DNA of 64,000 nucleotides, taken from Candidatus Thalassarchaeum sp. GTDB taxonomy: Archaea; Thermoplasmatota; Poseidoniia; Poseidoniales; Thalassarchaeaceae. Below are positions 7,690 through 16,673 of the stretch, piece after piece. A program made the position numbers and the translations under genes. The notes beneath the pieces were generated by a model. It searched no databases. It was not told the origin of the DNA and saw only the letters and a list, made by a program, of their open reading frames with translations. The stretch is from NCBI GenBank assembly GCA_022449345.1, contig JAKURL010000006.1, positions 29,451-93,450 on the forward strand. The letters run 5' to 3'. The stretch's first letter is position 1. Each line of letters starts with the position of its first letter.

Positions 7690-10044
7690 ATGCCGCAACG
7701 CAAGGCTGCCATTCTAGTGCTGGCGATGATGCTCACATCCGGATGTCTAAGTGCTATAGAAGAAATCGAGGATGAGTTTGATCGAACAATAGAAATTATC
7801 GTTGAAGATTATCCAAAATTGGACCTTCCTGAAAGAACTCGAACACAGCCAAATTTGCAATCTTATGACGAATGCGACGCTCTGTTGTTAGACCTCAAGA
7901 ATGCCTTATTCGATGAGATGCTAGTCCGTTTAGATCAGGAATCCTACTACCACTGGATAGGTGGACCATGGATTTGGATGGAGGGTGACGTTGCAATGAT
8001 GGATGGAGCTTCTGAGGCTGCAGCCGACGATTCAGGTTCAGCCACCTCATCAACTCGAGAAGGGCAATTTTCCGAGACCAATAATCAGGAAGCCGGTGTT
8101 GACGAAGCGGATTTCCTCAAGACCGATGGTTATCACATCTACATGCTAAACGGACAGAGTCTAGTTATCATGGATGTTCCAGAATTTGGGCAAGTAGGCC
8201 TCACCTCTGAGATGGAAATCGAGGGCAGTCCTCTACAGATGATGATTGACGGCGATAAACTGGTCATCGCTTCGATGGTCTATGCTTGGAATCTTCCAGA
8301 AGACCATCCTCTGCGCGACCTGCTAATCGAGGAGGTTCAGTGGGGAGAGGGTAAGGAATCCTACACCTATTACCGCGTGCAGAACCTAGTCAAGTACACT
8401 ATCGTTGACATTACTGACAGGGATGCACCTGAAGTAGAGCGTGAACTCTTCATCGAGGGTTACTATCATACCGCAAGAATGGTCGAAGGAACAGTTCGTT
8501 CAGTTACCCACAACTACGCCAACTTCGATGGCCTACGCTACTGGGTTAGCCTGCCAAGCGATTACTGGGAGTTAGATAACGAGGAGGACAGAATGGCGGC
8601 TTGGGAGTATCATTTGTTTGAAACTGTCCAACACAATCAGGATATCATCAACAATCTAACTCTTGCAGATTTCGCCCCGCAAATGTATGAGATGACAGAA
8701 TCAGGCATAACCTCACTTCCAACCACATCTGAGGATTGTTCAGAATTCGCAGCGAGTACAGACAGTGTTTCAAAGGGATTCACCTCAATCATCACCTTCC
8801 AGTTGTTAGAATCTGATGTCGAGCTGGAGGTTGATCACATCGCTTCCTCTTGGGCTCACGTTTATGCATCTCAGGATATGCTAATCCTCGCAGAACCTGC
8901 AAACGATTGGTGGTGGTTCTGGCGCAACTCAGACTGGGAGGATGCAACAAATATCCACGCATTCGATATCTCGGACACCACCACAACCAGCTACCTTGGC
9001 TCTGGTCGAGTAGATGGAACGGTTCAAGATCAATTCTCGATGTCCGAGTATGAGGGCTCGATTCGCATTGCAACAACCTCGGATATCTGGGGTCGCTGGT
9101 GGTTAACTGACGAGGTTGATCCAGAAACTGGAGAGCCAATTTTCGAGGGTCCAACCAACGGTGTAACCATATTGCAGTATGATGGACAAGAGACACTCGA
9201 GGAAGTTGGAAAGGTCGATGGAATCGCTCCTGGAGAGCGCATTTGGAGTGCTCGCTTCATCGGTGAGAAAGGATACCTCGTAACCTTTCGCAACATCGAC
9301 CCTCTATGGGTAATCGACCTTTCAGATCCAACTAACCCAACTATCCTCGGAGAGTTGGAAGTACCTGGAGTCTCAACCTACATTCACCCAGTGAATGAAG
9401 ATACTTTGCTGACAATCGGAATAGGACCGGGAGAGGATGGGCTAGGTTTGGACTGGTCAATGACTCAGATTTCACTATTCGATGTCAGTGATCCAACAAA
9501 TCCAACTTTGGCGGATTCCCTACCCCTATCACCAGCCTACACCGATGAGAACTGTGAGAATGTTCGCACCTGCGGATGGTCATGGTCATGGTCAGAAGCC
9601 ACTTATGAACACAAGGCGTTCACATATTGGGCACCTGAGAATTTACTCGCAGTGCCCCTTTCCACCTACCGATATGTGTATGATGAAGATGGACGATATG
9701 GTGGCTACGAATATGTCTCAATGCTCAAGCTAATCAATGTCGACGCAGAGAACCTAAGCCTCTCAGAGCACGGAGAAGTCGACCACTCACCATTCTACAA
9801 CAACGAGGATGGAGATAGCAACTGGTGGTACTCCTACTCGACGAGCATTCGTCGCTCGATATTCATGGGTGACTATGTCTACGCATTCTCCGCTCTCGGG
9901 GTTACGATCCACAGCACCTCTGATTTGACCCCAATCGAAGAATTACAAATCCCAGGTCATCAGATGCCTTCGTGGTATTACGATGAGGATGCTGTCGAAG
10001 AAGAAGAGTCGGAAGATGACTCAGCAGATCCGGATACCAATTGA
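7690..10044 (+). CDS. Secreted beta-propeller-domain (lipo)protein with an acidic C-terminal tail.
   Basis: N-terminus MPQRKAAILVLAMMLTSGC has a lipobox-like cysteine. The long central region resembles the archaeal/bacterial 'beta-propeller domain' family. The table's longest ORF starts at a TTG at 7660, but the ATG at 7690 is more plausible. Confidence 0.5.
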   Translation: MPQRKAAILVLAMMLTSGCLSAIEEIEDEFDRTIEIIVEDYPKLDLPERTRTQPNLQSYDECDALLLDLKNALFDEMLVRLDQESYYHWIGGPWIWMEGDVAMMDGASEAAADDSGSATSSTREGQFSETNNQEAGVDEADFLKTDGYHIYMLNGQSLVIMDVPEFGQVGLTSEMEIEGSPLQMMIDGDKLVIASMVYAWNLPEDHPLRDLLIEEVQWGEGKESYTYYRVQNLVKYTIVDITDRDAPEVERELFIEGYYHTARMVEGTVRSVTHNYANFDGLRYWVSLPSDYWELDNEEDRMAAWEYHLFETVQHNQDIINNLTLADFAPQMYEMTESGITSLPTTSEDCSEFAASTDSVSKGFTSIITFQLLESDVELEVDHIASSWAHVYASQDMLILAEPANDWWWFWRNSDWEDATNIHAFDISDTTTTSYLGSGRVDGTVQDQFSMSEYEGSIRIATTSDIWGRWWLTDEVDPETGEPIFEGPTNGVTILQYDGQETLEEVGKVDGIAPGERIWSARFIGEKGYLVTFRNIDPLWVIDLSDPTNPTILGELEVPGVSTYIHPVNEDTLLTIGIGPGEDGLGLDWSMTQISLFDVSDPTNPTLADSLPLSPAYTDENCENVRTCGWSWSWSEATYEHKAFTYWAPENLLAVPLSTYRYVYDEDGRYGGYEYVSMLKLINVDAENLSLSEHGEVDHSPFYNNEDGDSNWWYSYSTSIRRSIFMGDYVYAFSALGVTIHSTSDLTPIEELQIPGHQMPSWYYDEDAVEEEESEDDSADPDTN

Positions 10045-10051
10045 ATCCAAA

Positions 10052-11404
10052 TTAGCTAAACTTCAACACTCGCCCTGTGCTTCCTGGCTTAGCGACGACG
10101 ATGCCTCGCAGAGAGCCACCAGCCTCACGCTTGTGGACCACATTCCCATCGACGATGGTGTACATTGGCCACCCTGTAAGTTCCATGCCCGCGTACGGAG
10201 TCCATCCTACTCTGGTCCAAGTATCTGCATCGGTAATGGTCCGGCGAATCTTCAAGTCGACGAGAGTCAAATCGCCGTCATATCCCTCAATTAGAGATCC
10301 CTTGTTTTGCATACCATAGACCTTAGCTGGTCCAGCACACATCCAATTTGCAACATCGGTGATTCTACATTTTCCATTCATCGCGTGGGTCAACATCAGT
10401 GGTAGTGAGGTTTCAACTCCCGGCATTCCTGCAGGTGCATTCGGATATCCTACCGACTTGGCTTCCAATGTGTGTGGTGCATGGTCGGTTACGACACAAT
10501 CGATAGTGCCATCCTTGAGGCGTTTCCACAGTGTTTCCTTATCCTCAGTATAGCGAATCGGCGGATTCATCAAAACTCGCACTCCCAATTCTTCTACGTC
10601 ATCTTGGTCATAAGTAAGGTGTTGAGTACAAACTTCAGTGGTAATCAGGTCTCCTTTGTTATTGTTCAACCAGTCCGCTTCCGTCGCGCTAGTCAGATGC
10701 ACGATGTGGAGTCGGTGATTGTGGTCATTTGCAAGAGCAGCCGCTCTCTTTGTTGCTAGGAAGGCAGATTCTACATCTCTACATTCTGCATGGGAGGCGA
10801 TGTCGGTGCGATGTCCAAACTCTGCTATGCGTTGCTGAAGTCGATCTTCATCCTCTGCATGGGTCGCGATTATGCCTCCCGTGTTGGCGAATATATCCTC
10901 TAGATGCTTTTGTTCATGGACGAGCAAATCTCCTGTACTGCTTCCCATGAAGATCTTGATTCCACAGACTCCATCCATACCTTCAACACTTTGCAGATCG
11001 CTGACGTTGTCTTTGGTTGCCCCGATGAAAAAACCATGATGAGACACCGCCTTTTTTCCGGCGAGGTCAATTTTTTCTTCCAGAGTTACTCTGTTAGTTG
11101 CGTTCGGTACATTGTTTGGCATATCGAGAAATGCAGTAACTCCGCCAGCAGCAGCTGCGCGACTGCCGCTCTCCAAATCCTCCTTCTCAGGATGTCCAGG
11201 TTCTCTGAAGTGGACATGTGGGTCGATAGCCCCAGGGAGTAGATGTAAGCCTGTTGCATCGATTAGTAGTTCGTTATTTTTCGACTCCAAACCCCCTCCT
11301 TGTGCTACGGTTTGGATTGAACCATTTGCAACCCGTAAGTCCCCCTCAACAACTCGATTAGCCAAAACTAGGGAGGCATTCTGAATCAACACATTGCCTT
11401 GCAT
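10052..11404 (-). CDS. pyrC: Cyclic amidohydrolase, most likely dihydroorotase.
   Basis: IDPHVHFREPG metal-binding motif and DMPNNVP, in a protein of about 450 aa in the amidohydrolase superfamily. Confidence 0.55.
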   Translation of the reverse strand: MQGNVLIQNASLVLANRVVEGDLRVANGSIQTVAQGGGLESKNNELLIDATGLHLLPGAIDPHVHFREPGHPEKEDLESGSRAAAAGGVTAFLDMPNNVPNATNRVTLEEKIDLAGKKAVSHHGFFIGATKDNVSDLQSVEGMDGVCGIKIFMGSSTGDLLVHEQKHLEDIFANTGGIIATHAEDEDRLQQRIAEFGHRTDIASHAECRDVESAFLATKRAAALANDHNHRLHIVHLTSATEADWLNNNKGDLITTEVCTQHLTYDQDDVEELGVRVLMNPPIRYTEDKETLWKRLKDGTIDCVVTDHAPHTLEAKSVGYPNAPAGMPGVETSLPLMLTHAMNGKCRITDVANWMCAGPAKVYGMQNKGSLIEGYDGDLTLVDLKIRRTITDADTWTRVGWTPYAGMELTGWPMYTIVDGNVVHKREAGGSLRGIVVAKPGSTGRVLKFS

Positions 11405-11484
11405 GGTGGGTTCAGGTGCTGTCGGAATGCTGACATCTCAAGACTGTTCCCATCTCAGAATCGAGATTATATCTCCCCGCGCGC

Positions 11485-11492
11485 TTCAAATA
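11485..11492 (+). promoter_or_regulatory. TATA-like box (TCAAATAA) about 25 nt upstream of the tRNA-Met gene.
   Basis: AT-rich octamer at the canonical archaeal distance from the mature tRNA 5' end. Confidence 0.3.
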
Positions 11493-11514
11493 ACCTATGC
11501 TTTAGCGGGGAGGC

Positions 11515-11592
11515 AGCGAGTTGGAGTAGCCAGGTTATCTCGTCGGGCTCATAACCCGGAGACCGGTGGTTCAAATCCACCACTCGCTACCA
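11515..11592 (+). tRNA. tRNA-Met (anticodon CAT), initiator-like, with encoded CCA.
   Basis: Cloverleaf folded by hand. Acceptor AGCGAGU/ACUCGCU gives an A1:U72 pair. Anticodon stem UCGGG/CCCGG has three G:C pairs, and the loop is CUCAUAA. The T-arm is GGUGG-UUCAAAU-CCACC and the 3' end is ACCA. This resembles archaeal initiator tRNA. Confidence 0.8.
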
Positions 11593-11760
11593 ATTTCTTA
11601 AATTCATTAGTGAAAGCTAAAAATAGAAACTAAATGAAAACTGAAAGTGAAAAAGAAGATTACTGAAAGGCTATTGTGGTATTAAATCACTTTCAATAAT
11701 GCAAAGGGGGTCTTTCGGTTCTTCATATACCGTCTGAGTCTCAGGGTTAGTGAAGGATAG

Positions 11761-12777
11761 GTGAGAAAGATGACTGACAAGACAGCAAGTGAGAAATTAG
11801 ACGAAGACGACGGTTCGATTGTGATAGACGTGGATGAAGAGCAGGCTACCATAGAAGATCTGCCAGGTGTAGGTCCTGCAACCGCGGAAAAACTACGTGA
11901 AGCAGGATTCGAAGAATTACTTGCCATTGCGGTAATGAGTCCCAATGAGCTAGCCGAGCAGGCAGAATTGGGTGAAGCGGTCTCGTCTAAGATTATTCAA
12001 GGCGCCAAGAAGATGGCGAACATTGGCGGATTCATATCTGGAAACAAACTCCTTGAACGTCGCCGTGAGGTTCAGAAATTAACCTCAGGATCGGCTGCGC
12101 TGGACGAATTGCTTGGTGGAGGATTCGAGACACAAGCAATCGTTGAGGTGTATGGTGAATTCGGAAGCGGGAAAACGCAAATCGGTCATCAATTAGCGGT
12201 CAACACGATTCTACCGGTTGAGAAAGGTGGATTCGATGGCGAGATTTTCTATATCGACACCGAGGACACTTTCCGCCCAGAAAGGATTGCGCAGATGGCC
12301 GAAGCCGTCGGCTTAGATCCAGAGGGGGTTCTCGACAGGATACACGTAGCACGTGCATACAATTCTGCTCATCAGATGTTACTAGTCGATGAGATAAAGA
12401 AACTCTCAAAGAATGTCGATGTTAAACTGATTATCGTAGATTCTCTTACCAGTCATTTCCGAGCCGAATATGTTGGACGAGGGATGCTAGCCCCAAGGCA
12501 ACAAAAACTCAACAAACATATGAAGGAACTCAAACAATTGTCAGATGTTCACAATGCTCTGGTTTTGGTGACCAACCAAGTCATGTCTAGGCCAGATGCT
12601 CTTTGGGGAGACCCAACCAAGGCCATTGGAGGCCATATTGTTGGTCACGCCAGTACTTTCCGTCTCTACCTCAGGAAGTCGAAGGGTGGCCGAAGAATCG
12701 CTCGCCTGGTTGACAGCCCCAACCTACCTGAGGGAGAGGCTGTGTTCACCGTGACTGCCGAGGGTCTCAAGGATTGA
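11761..12777 (+). CDS. radA: DNA repair and recombination protein RadA.
   Basis: N-terminal HhH segment [18 protein letters not shown], Walker [10 protein letters not shown], and a RecA/Rad51 core. Confidence 0.95.
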   Translation: MRKMTDKTASEKLDEDDGSIVIDVDEEQATIEDLPGVGPATAEKLREAGFEELLAIAVMSPNELAEQAELGEAVSSKIIQGAKKMANIGGFISGNKLLERRREVQKLTSGSAALDELLGGGFETQAIVEVYGEFGSGKTQIGHQLAVNTILPVEKGGFDGEIFYIDTEDTFRPERIAQMAEAVGLDPEGVLDRIHVARAYNSAHQMLLVDEIKKLSKNVDVKLIIVDSLTSHFRAEYVGRGMLAPRQQKLNKHMKELKQLSDVHNALVLVTNQVMSRPDALWGDPTKAIGGHIVGHASTFRLYLRKSKGGRRIARLVDSPNLPEGEAVFTVTAEGLKD

Positions 12778-14044
12778 TTTCTGAGAGGTCCTCGGGGTCC
12801 GAATGGTTGCCAAACCACTGCATGAATAATACAGTGGAGATAGCGTAAGTCACGGCCATAATCACGAATGGTGTTCTGTAATCTCCGGATGCCATCAGGG
12901 TGGCTCCTAGGTATCCTGCGATCGCCATTAGGCCAGCGCTGAAGAATCGGGATATACCAACAAAGGTGGCGCGTTCGCTAACTTCTAATTCACTCATCGT
13001 AAAGGCCTCCATTACTGGATTTGACATATTGAACAGTGTGTTTCTGAGAACCCATGCCAGACCTGCAATCGATACCACCGTTGTCGGTGTAGCGAGTTCG
13101 GGTGCAAATCCAATCAATAGAATGAAGGGAATCGCTGCAAAACGTGTCCAGACGATAGTCGCTATCTGACCCAATCGATCGACGACGAATGGCACGAGGA
13201 AGGCACCGATAGCCAGTGCCAGCGAGGAGGCGGCATAGATCATCCCTATCTCGTGTTCGTGTGCCTGAATAGATCCATGCTCGTGGAAGAAGATATTTCC
13301 TAGGCGCACGACGAATCCAGCTCCCAATCCGATGAAAGCAGAAATAATCACGAATCTACGAATCGTGATAGGATTCTTAATTCCACTGAACAATCCACGA
13401 CCACCTTCCTTCTCCTCAGGTGGGCTGTCGAGTTTTCTTAGAAGCACGGCTGGAATTAGCGAAAGGAACCACCAGCCGATGGCGAACTGAACCGCCAATC
13501 GGTAAGCCTCGATGACACCGATATCGTAGGTGTCACCCAAGTAGGCAGGTAGTAATCCAGCAACAATCGCACCTAGCATTGCAGCCAGAGTCCGGAATCC
13601 TGACCCAACCGCAAAGAGGTGAATTCTCTCACTTGGCTCGGAATTCTCAGCCATGAACGGAACCTCCGTCACATGGTGTAGTGAACCGAAGCATGCTGCA
13701 ACTGCGGAGAAGCTAAGAATTACTGTTGGGTCTTCACTCGTAATCAGAATTAACGAACAAACAGCACCTCCACCATCACCAATAATGAACCCCCATTTTC
13801 TGTCTAAACTGTCAGCAAATTTTCCCGCAGGAATCGAGGATAGCGCTCCTGCGACCCCCATCACTGCAATGCGCAGTCCAACGAATGCAATTCCAAGATC
13901 GGGAAAAATTAGCAGAAGATAGAGATTGAACAGAACTTCCCATGCTCCGTGAATAACGTCCATTCCGAAAATGTGAAGTAAGTACATTCGGGCATTCCAG
14001 CTGAACAGCTTGATTCGTCCGAAGTAACTCAATTCATCATCCAA
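12767..14044 (-). CDS. MFS transporter.
   Basis: About 12 predicted TM helices with an MFS-type internal repeat. It converges on radA and overlaps it by 11 nt. Confidence 0.65.
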   Translation of the reverse strand: MDDELSYFGRIKLFSWNARMYLLHIFGMDVIHGAWEVLFNLYLLLIFPDLGIAFVGLRIAVMGVAGALSSIPAGKFADSLDRKWGFIIGDGGGAVCSLILITSEDPTVILSFSAVAACFGSLHHVTEVPFMAENSEPSERIHLFAVGSGFRTLAAMLGAIVAGLLPAYLGDTYDIGVIEAYRLAVQFAIGWWFLSLIPAVLLRKLDSPPEEKEGGRGLFSGIKNPITIRRFVIISAFIGLGAGFVVRLGNIFFHEHGSIQAHEHEIGMIYAASSLALAIGAFLVPFVVDRLGQIATIVWTRFAAIPFILLIGFAPELATPTTVVSIAGLAWVLRNTLFNMSNPVMEAFTMSELEVSERATFVGISRFFSAGLMAIAGYLGATLMASGDYRTPFVIMAVTYAISTVLFMQWFGNHSDPEDLSEINP

Positions 14045-14053
14045 TAGTTCACC

Positions 14054-15736
14054 TCACGCGGGGATCTCCGCGAGGGCGTCGTCTATCTCACCGATGAGGC
14101 TACCGACGTATGATTCGGAAAATGACAACTCTAAACCACTAGCCTCAAACAATTCGGTGAGTCCTCGAGTGTATCCTAGTGAGAGTCCTGCTTTGTATCG
14201 GGTGAGCGCATCTTCAGTATCTCGGCGATGGTACTTCCACATCTGCAAAGCACCCAGTTGTGCAATTCCGTATTCGACATAATAGAATGGGACACCGAAT
14301 AGATGTCCTTGGCGCTGCCAAGAAACCTTGTGAATTTCCTCAAATCCACTCATGTCAACCTTGGGTCCGAAGCGTTCTGCAAGTTCTAGCCACCTCTCCG
14401 CCCTCTCTTCTCGAGAGTGGTTTGGATTAGCGTAAACCCAGTATTGGAAGGCGTCTATTGTAGCCATCCATGGCATGAAGGAAATGATGTCTTCTAGGTG
14501 TTTACGTCTTGCTCTATCTGCATTCTTTGCATCGTAGAACTCTTCCCAATGAGGATGGGTTAGAAGTTCCATAGACATACTGGCAACTTCAGCGAACTCA
14601 ATGGGAGAATCTCTCTCATGAATAAGGTCTAGGTGGCCGGAATAGAATGAATGGAAGGCGTGACCGGCCTCGTGAATCATTGTCTCTACATTTCGCTGAG
14701 TTCCAGCTGCGTTCATGAAAATGAATGGCATTCTGCTCTTTTGCAAATAGTATTGGTATCCACCGGGCGCTTTGCCCTTTCTACTATCCAGATCTAAACA
14801 ATCATTTGTGTCGAGTTGATCGAAGTAATTTCCGAGTTCTTCCGACATTGTGTGGAATATACGAGAGCAGCCATCAACCATCTCTTGGACTTCATTGAAT
14901 GGCTGAAGTGGAGGCCGCCCTTTCACATCGACACCCATATCCCAAGGTCTAAGCGACCCTAGTCCCAACTCCTGCTCTCTTTCTTCGTCGGTTCTGAGAC
15001 GTAAGGGCTGGCAAACCGATTCGATAGAGTCGTGGAATTCAAGACAATCTTCGATGGTGTAATCGTACCGATGCATCGAGGCGAACATATACTGTTGAAA
15101 TCCCTCATATCCCGCATTTGTTGCAATCTGATGGCGAATCTGAATTAGTTCATCGTAAATCTCGGAGATTCTCTCATTATCTTCAAATCGTCTCTCAGAA
15201 ACCGCTTTCCAAGCCGCCTCTCGAATCGACCGTTCCGTGTTTTCGAGATAAATCGCCATCTGAGCAAAGGTCTTCTGCTCATCATCAAATTCTACCATTT
15301 GGGCTCCACAAATCTCATTGTATTCTGTAACAAGTTTTGTTGCCTGTGTGTTTAGTGGTATGTTTTCTTCTCTAAAAATTTCGATGTCTGTCTTTAGTCC
15401 CTTGACCAATATATCGAATCTTTCAGGAAGCTCCTGTACGGCTTTATGTTCAATCAGACGACGGTTGAGTATGTCGCTATATTCCGATAGTTTTGGTTGT
15501 ACATTTTCGACGAAGGCCATCCAAGCCTTCTGGATATCCTCATCATCAGTGTGACAGGTCATATCGATGTAGAGTCTGGCTCTCGCCTCTGAGATTACTT
15601 CTGAGAGATTAGACCTGTCAGCGATGAAAGTCTCAAGACAATTCGAGCAACTGAGAGTCCGATCCCGTAAGTCGTTCATATAGGGTTCAATTGACTCCCA
15701 AGATGCCCCATCTATATCATCGTGAATGAAATTCAT
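14054..15736 (-). CDS. pepF: Oligoendopeptidase F-like M3B zinc metallopeptidase.
   Basis: HEAGHAFH zinc-binding motif; length and context match M3B family peptidases. Confidence 0.8.
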   Translation of the reverse strand: MNFIHDDIDGASWESIEPYMNDLRDRTLSCSNCLETFIADRSNLSEVISEARARLYIDMTCHTDDEDIQKAWMAFVENVQPKLSEYSDILNRRLIEHKAVQELPERFDILVKGLKTDIEIFREENIPLNTQATKLVTEYNEICGAQMVEFDDEQKTFAQMAIYLENTERSIREAAWKAVSERRFEDNERISEIYDELIQIRHQIATNAGYEGFQQYMFASMHRYDYTIEDCLEFHDSIESVCQPLRLRTDEEREQELGLGSLRPWDMGVDVKGRPPLQPFNEVQEMVDGCSRIFHTMSEELGNYFDQLDTNDCLDLDSRKGKAPGGYQYYLQKSRMPFIFMNAAGTQRNVETMIHEAGHAFHSFYSGHLDLIHERDSPIEFAEVASMSMELLTHPHWEEFYDAKNADRARRKHLEDIISFMPWMATIDAFQYWVYANPNHSREERAERWLELAERFGPKVDMSGFEEIHKVSWQRQGHLFGVPFYYVEYGIAQLGALQMWKYHRRDTEDALTRYKAGLSLGYTRGLTELFEASGLELSFSESYVGSLIGEIDDALAEIPA

Positions 15737-15745
15737 TTGTCCCCC

Positions 15746-15994
15746 TCAATCCTTCTTTGTTGGGAGTGGTCCGACTGGCAATGGACCTTCTTCTCGACTG
15801 TACTTTTGCTGCTTCCACTTGGCTGCTGCCTCTCGATTTGCAACTCTGATTTCTTCGATATTCTCGTGCTTGGGGTTCTCCTTTTCGATCCAACAAGCAG
15901 TGCAGAACCGCTTACCTTTATGGTCAACAAAATTTCCTGGCGTGCAGCTTTCATCGCAGACGTTGCAGGTTCGGAATCCGTGGAATTTTGACAT
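15746..15994 (-). CDS. Small zinc-ribbon protein (CxxC-x17-CxxC), function unknown.
   Basis: CNVCDESCTPGNFVDHKGKRFCTAC, followed by a basic tail. Confidence 0.4.
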   Translation of the reverse strand: MSKFHGFRTCNVCDESCTPGNFVDHKGKRFCTACWIEKENPKHENIEEIRVANREAAAKWKQQKYSREEGPLPVGPLPTKKD

Positions 15995-16046
15995 ATTACC
16001 GAATAGACGCTAGAGGCACTCGTCTATCAGTTTGACCCCAGAGGGG

Positions 16047-16637
16047 TCAACTACTCATATCTGCCATCGCAGCGTGCAATAAGAATGCAGATTCAAGTTC
16101 CAAAGGCCCAGAATTATCCATATCTATTTCATGCCCCAATCTCTGCAATCCAGCAGATGTTGGTATGGGTCTTTGCGCCACTAGGTTCGCCTTGAGGTGA
16201 AGCATCAGCCTCTCAGCTTCTTGGGTTGAATCGTTGAATGATTCTCTGGGAATTTCCAAAGTGGTTTCCTCCTCGCTTATGAATGGGTTTTCTCCTCCGA
16301 ATTCAGGCAGATATACTATCCAAGCAGTTTTGTCTCCCTTACTTAGTCCAGCACGCTCGAAAGCCGTGCGAATTTGGTGAGTGCCGGAAATCAACCGAAG
16401 GAACTCTGTATCAACACTGTTGCCAATCATCGAGTTACGTAATTCCCTCCTCCTAAGTGCGTGCCAAACCGTCCAAAGGTGTACCTCACTGGCCGCGGCC
16501 GAGAAGGAGATTAACAACCAACGTTCACTCGGCCTCCATTCATTGAATGTTGAAATTACAAATTGCGGATCATCCAATGTCTCAGGAAATCGTATTCCCC
16601 AAGCAGGGAACCAAGGCACTCGATGGTCCTCAGCCAT
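16047..16637 (-). CDS. cgi121: KEOPS complex subunit Cgi121-like.
   Basis: The segment TEFLRLISGTHQIRTAFERAGLSKGDKTAWIVYLPEFG aligns by eye with human TPRKB/Cgi121 ([37 protein letters not shown]). The C-terminal LLHAAMADM resembles LLDAIICRM. Confidence 0.5.
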   Translation of the reverse strand: MAEDHRVPWFPAWGIRFPETLDDPQFVISTFNEWRPSERWLLISFSAAASEVHLWTVWHALRRRELRNSMIGNSVDTEFLRLISGTHQIRTAFERAGLSKGDKTAWIVYLPEFGGENPFISEEETTLEIPRESFNDSTQEAERLMLHLKANLVAQRPIPTSAGLQRLGHEIDMDNSGPLELESAFLLHAAMADMSS

Positions 16638-16673
16638 GCTTTGCGATGAGGTCTGATTGATGAAATGTGCAGG

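Noticed and set aside
11394-11633. 79-aa ORF on the plus strand.
   Set aside because: It fully overlaps the tRNA-Met gene and its promoter. No coding features; spurious.
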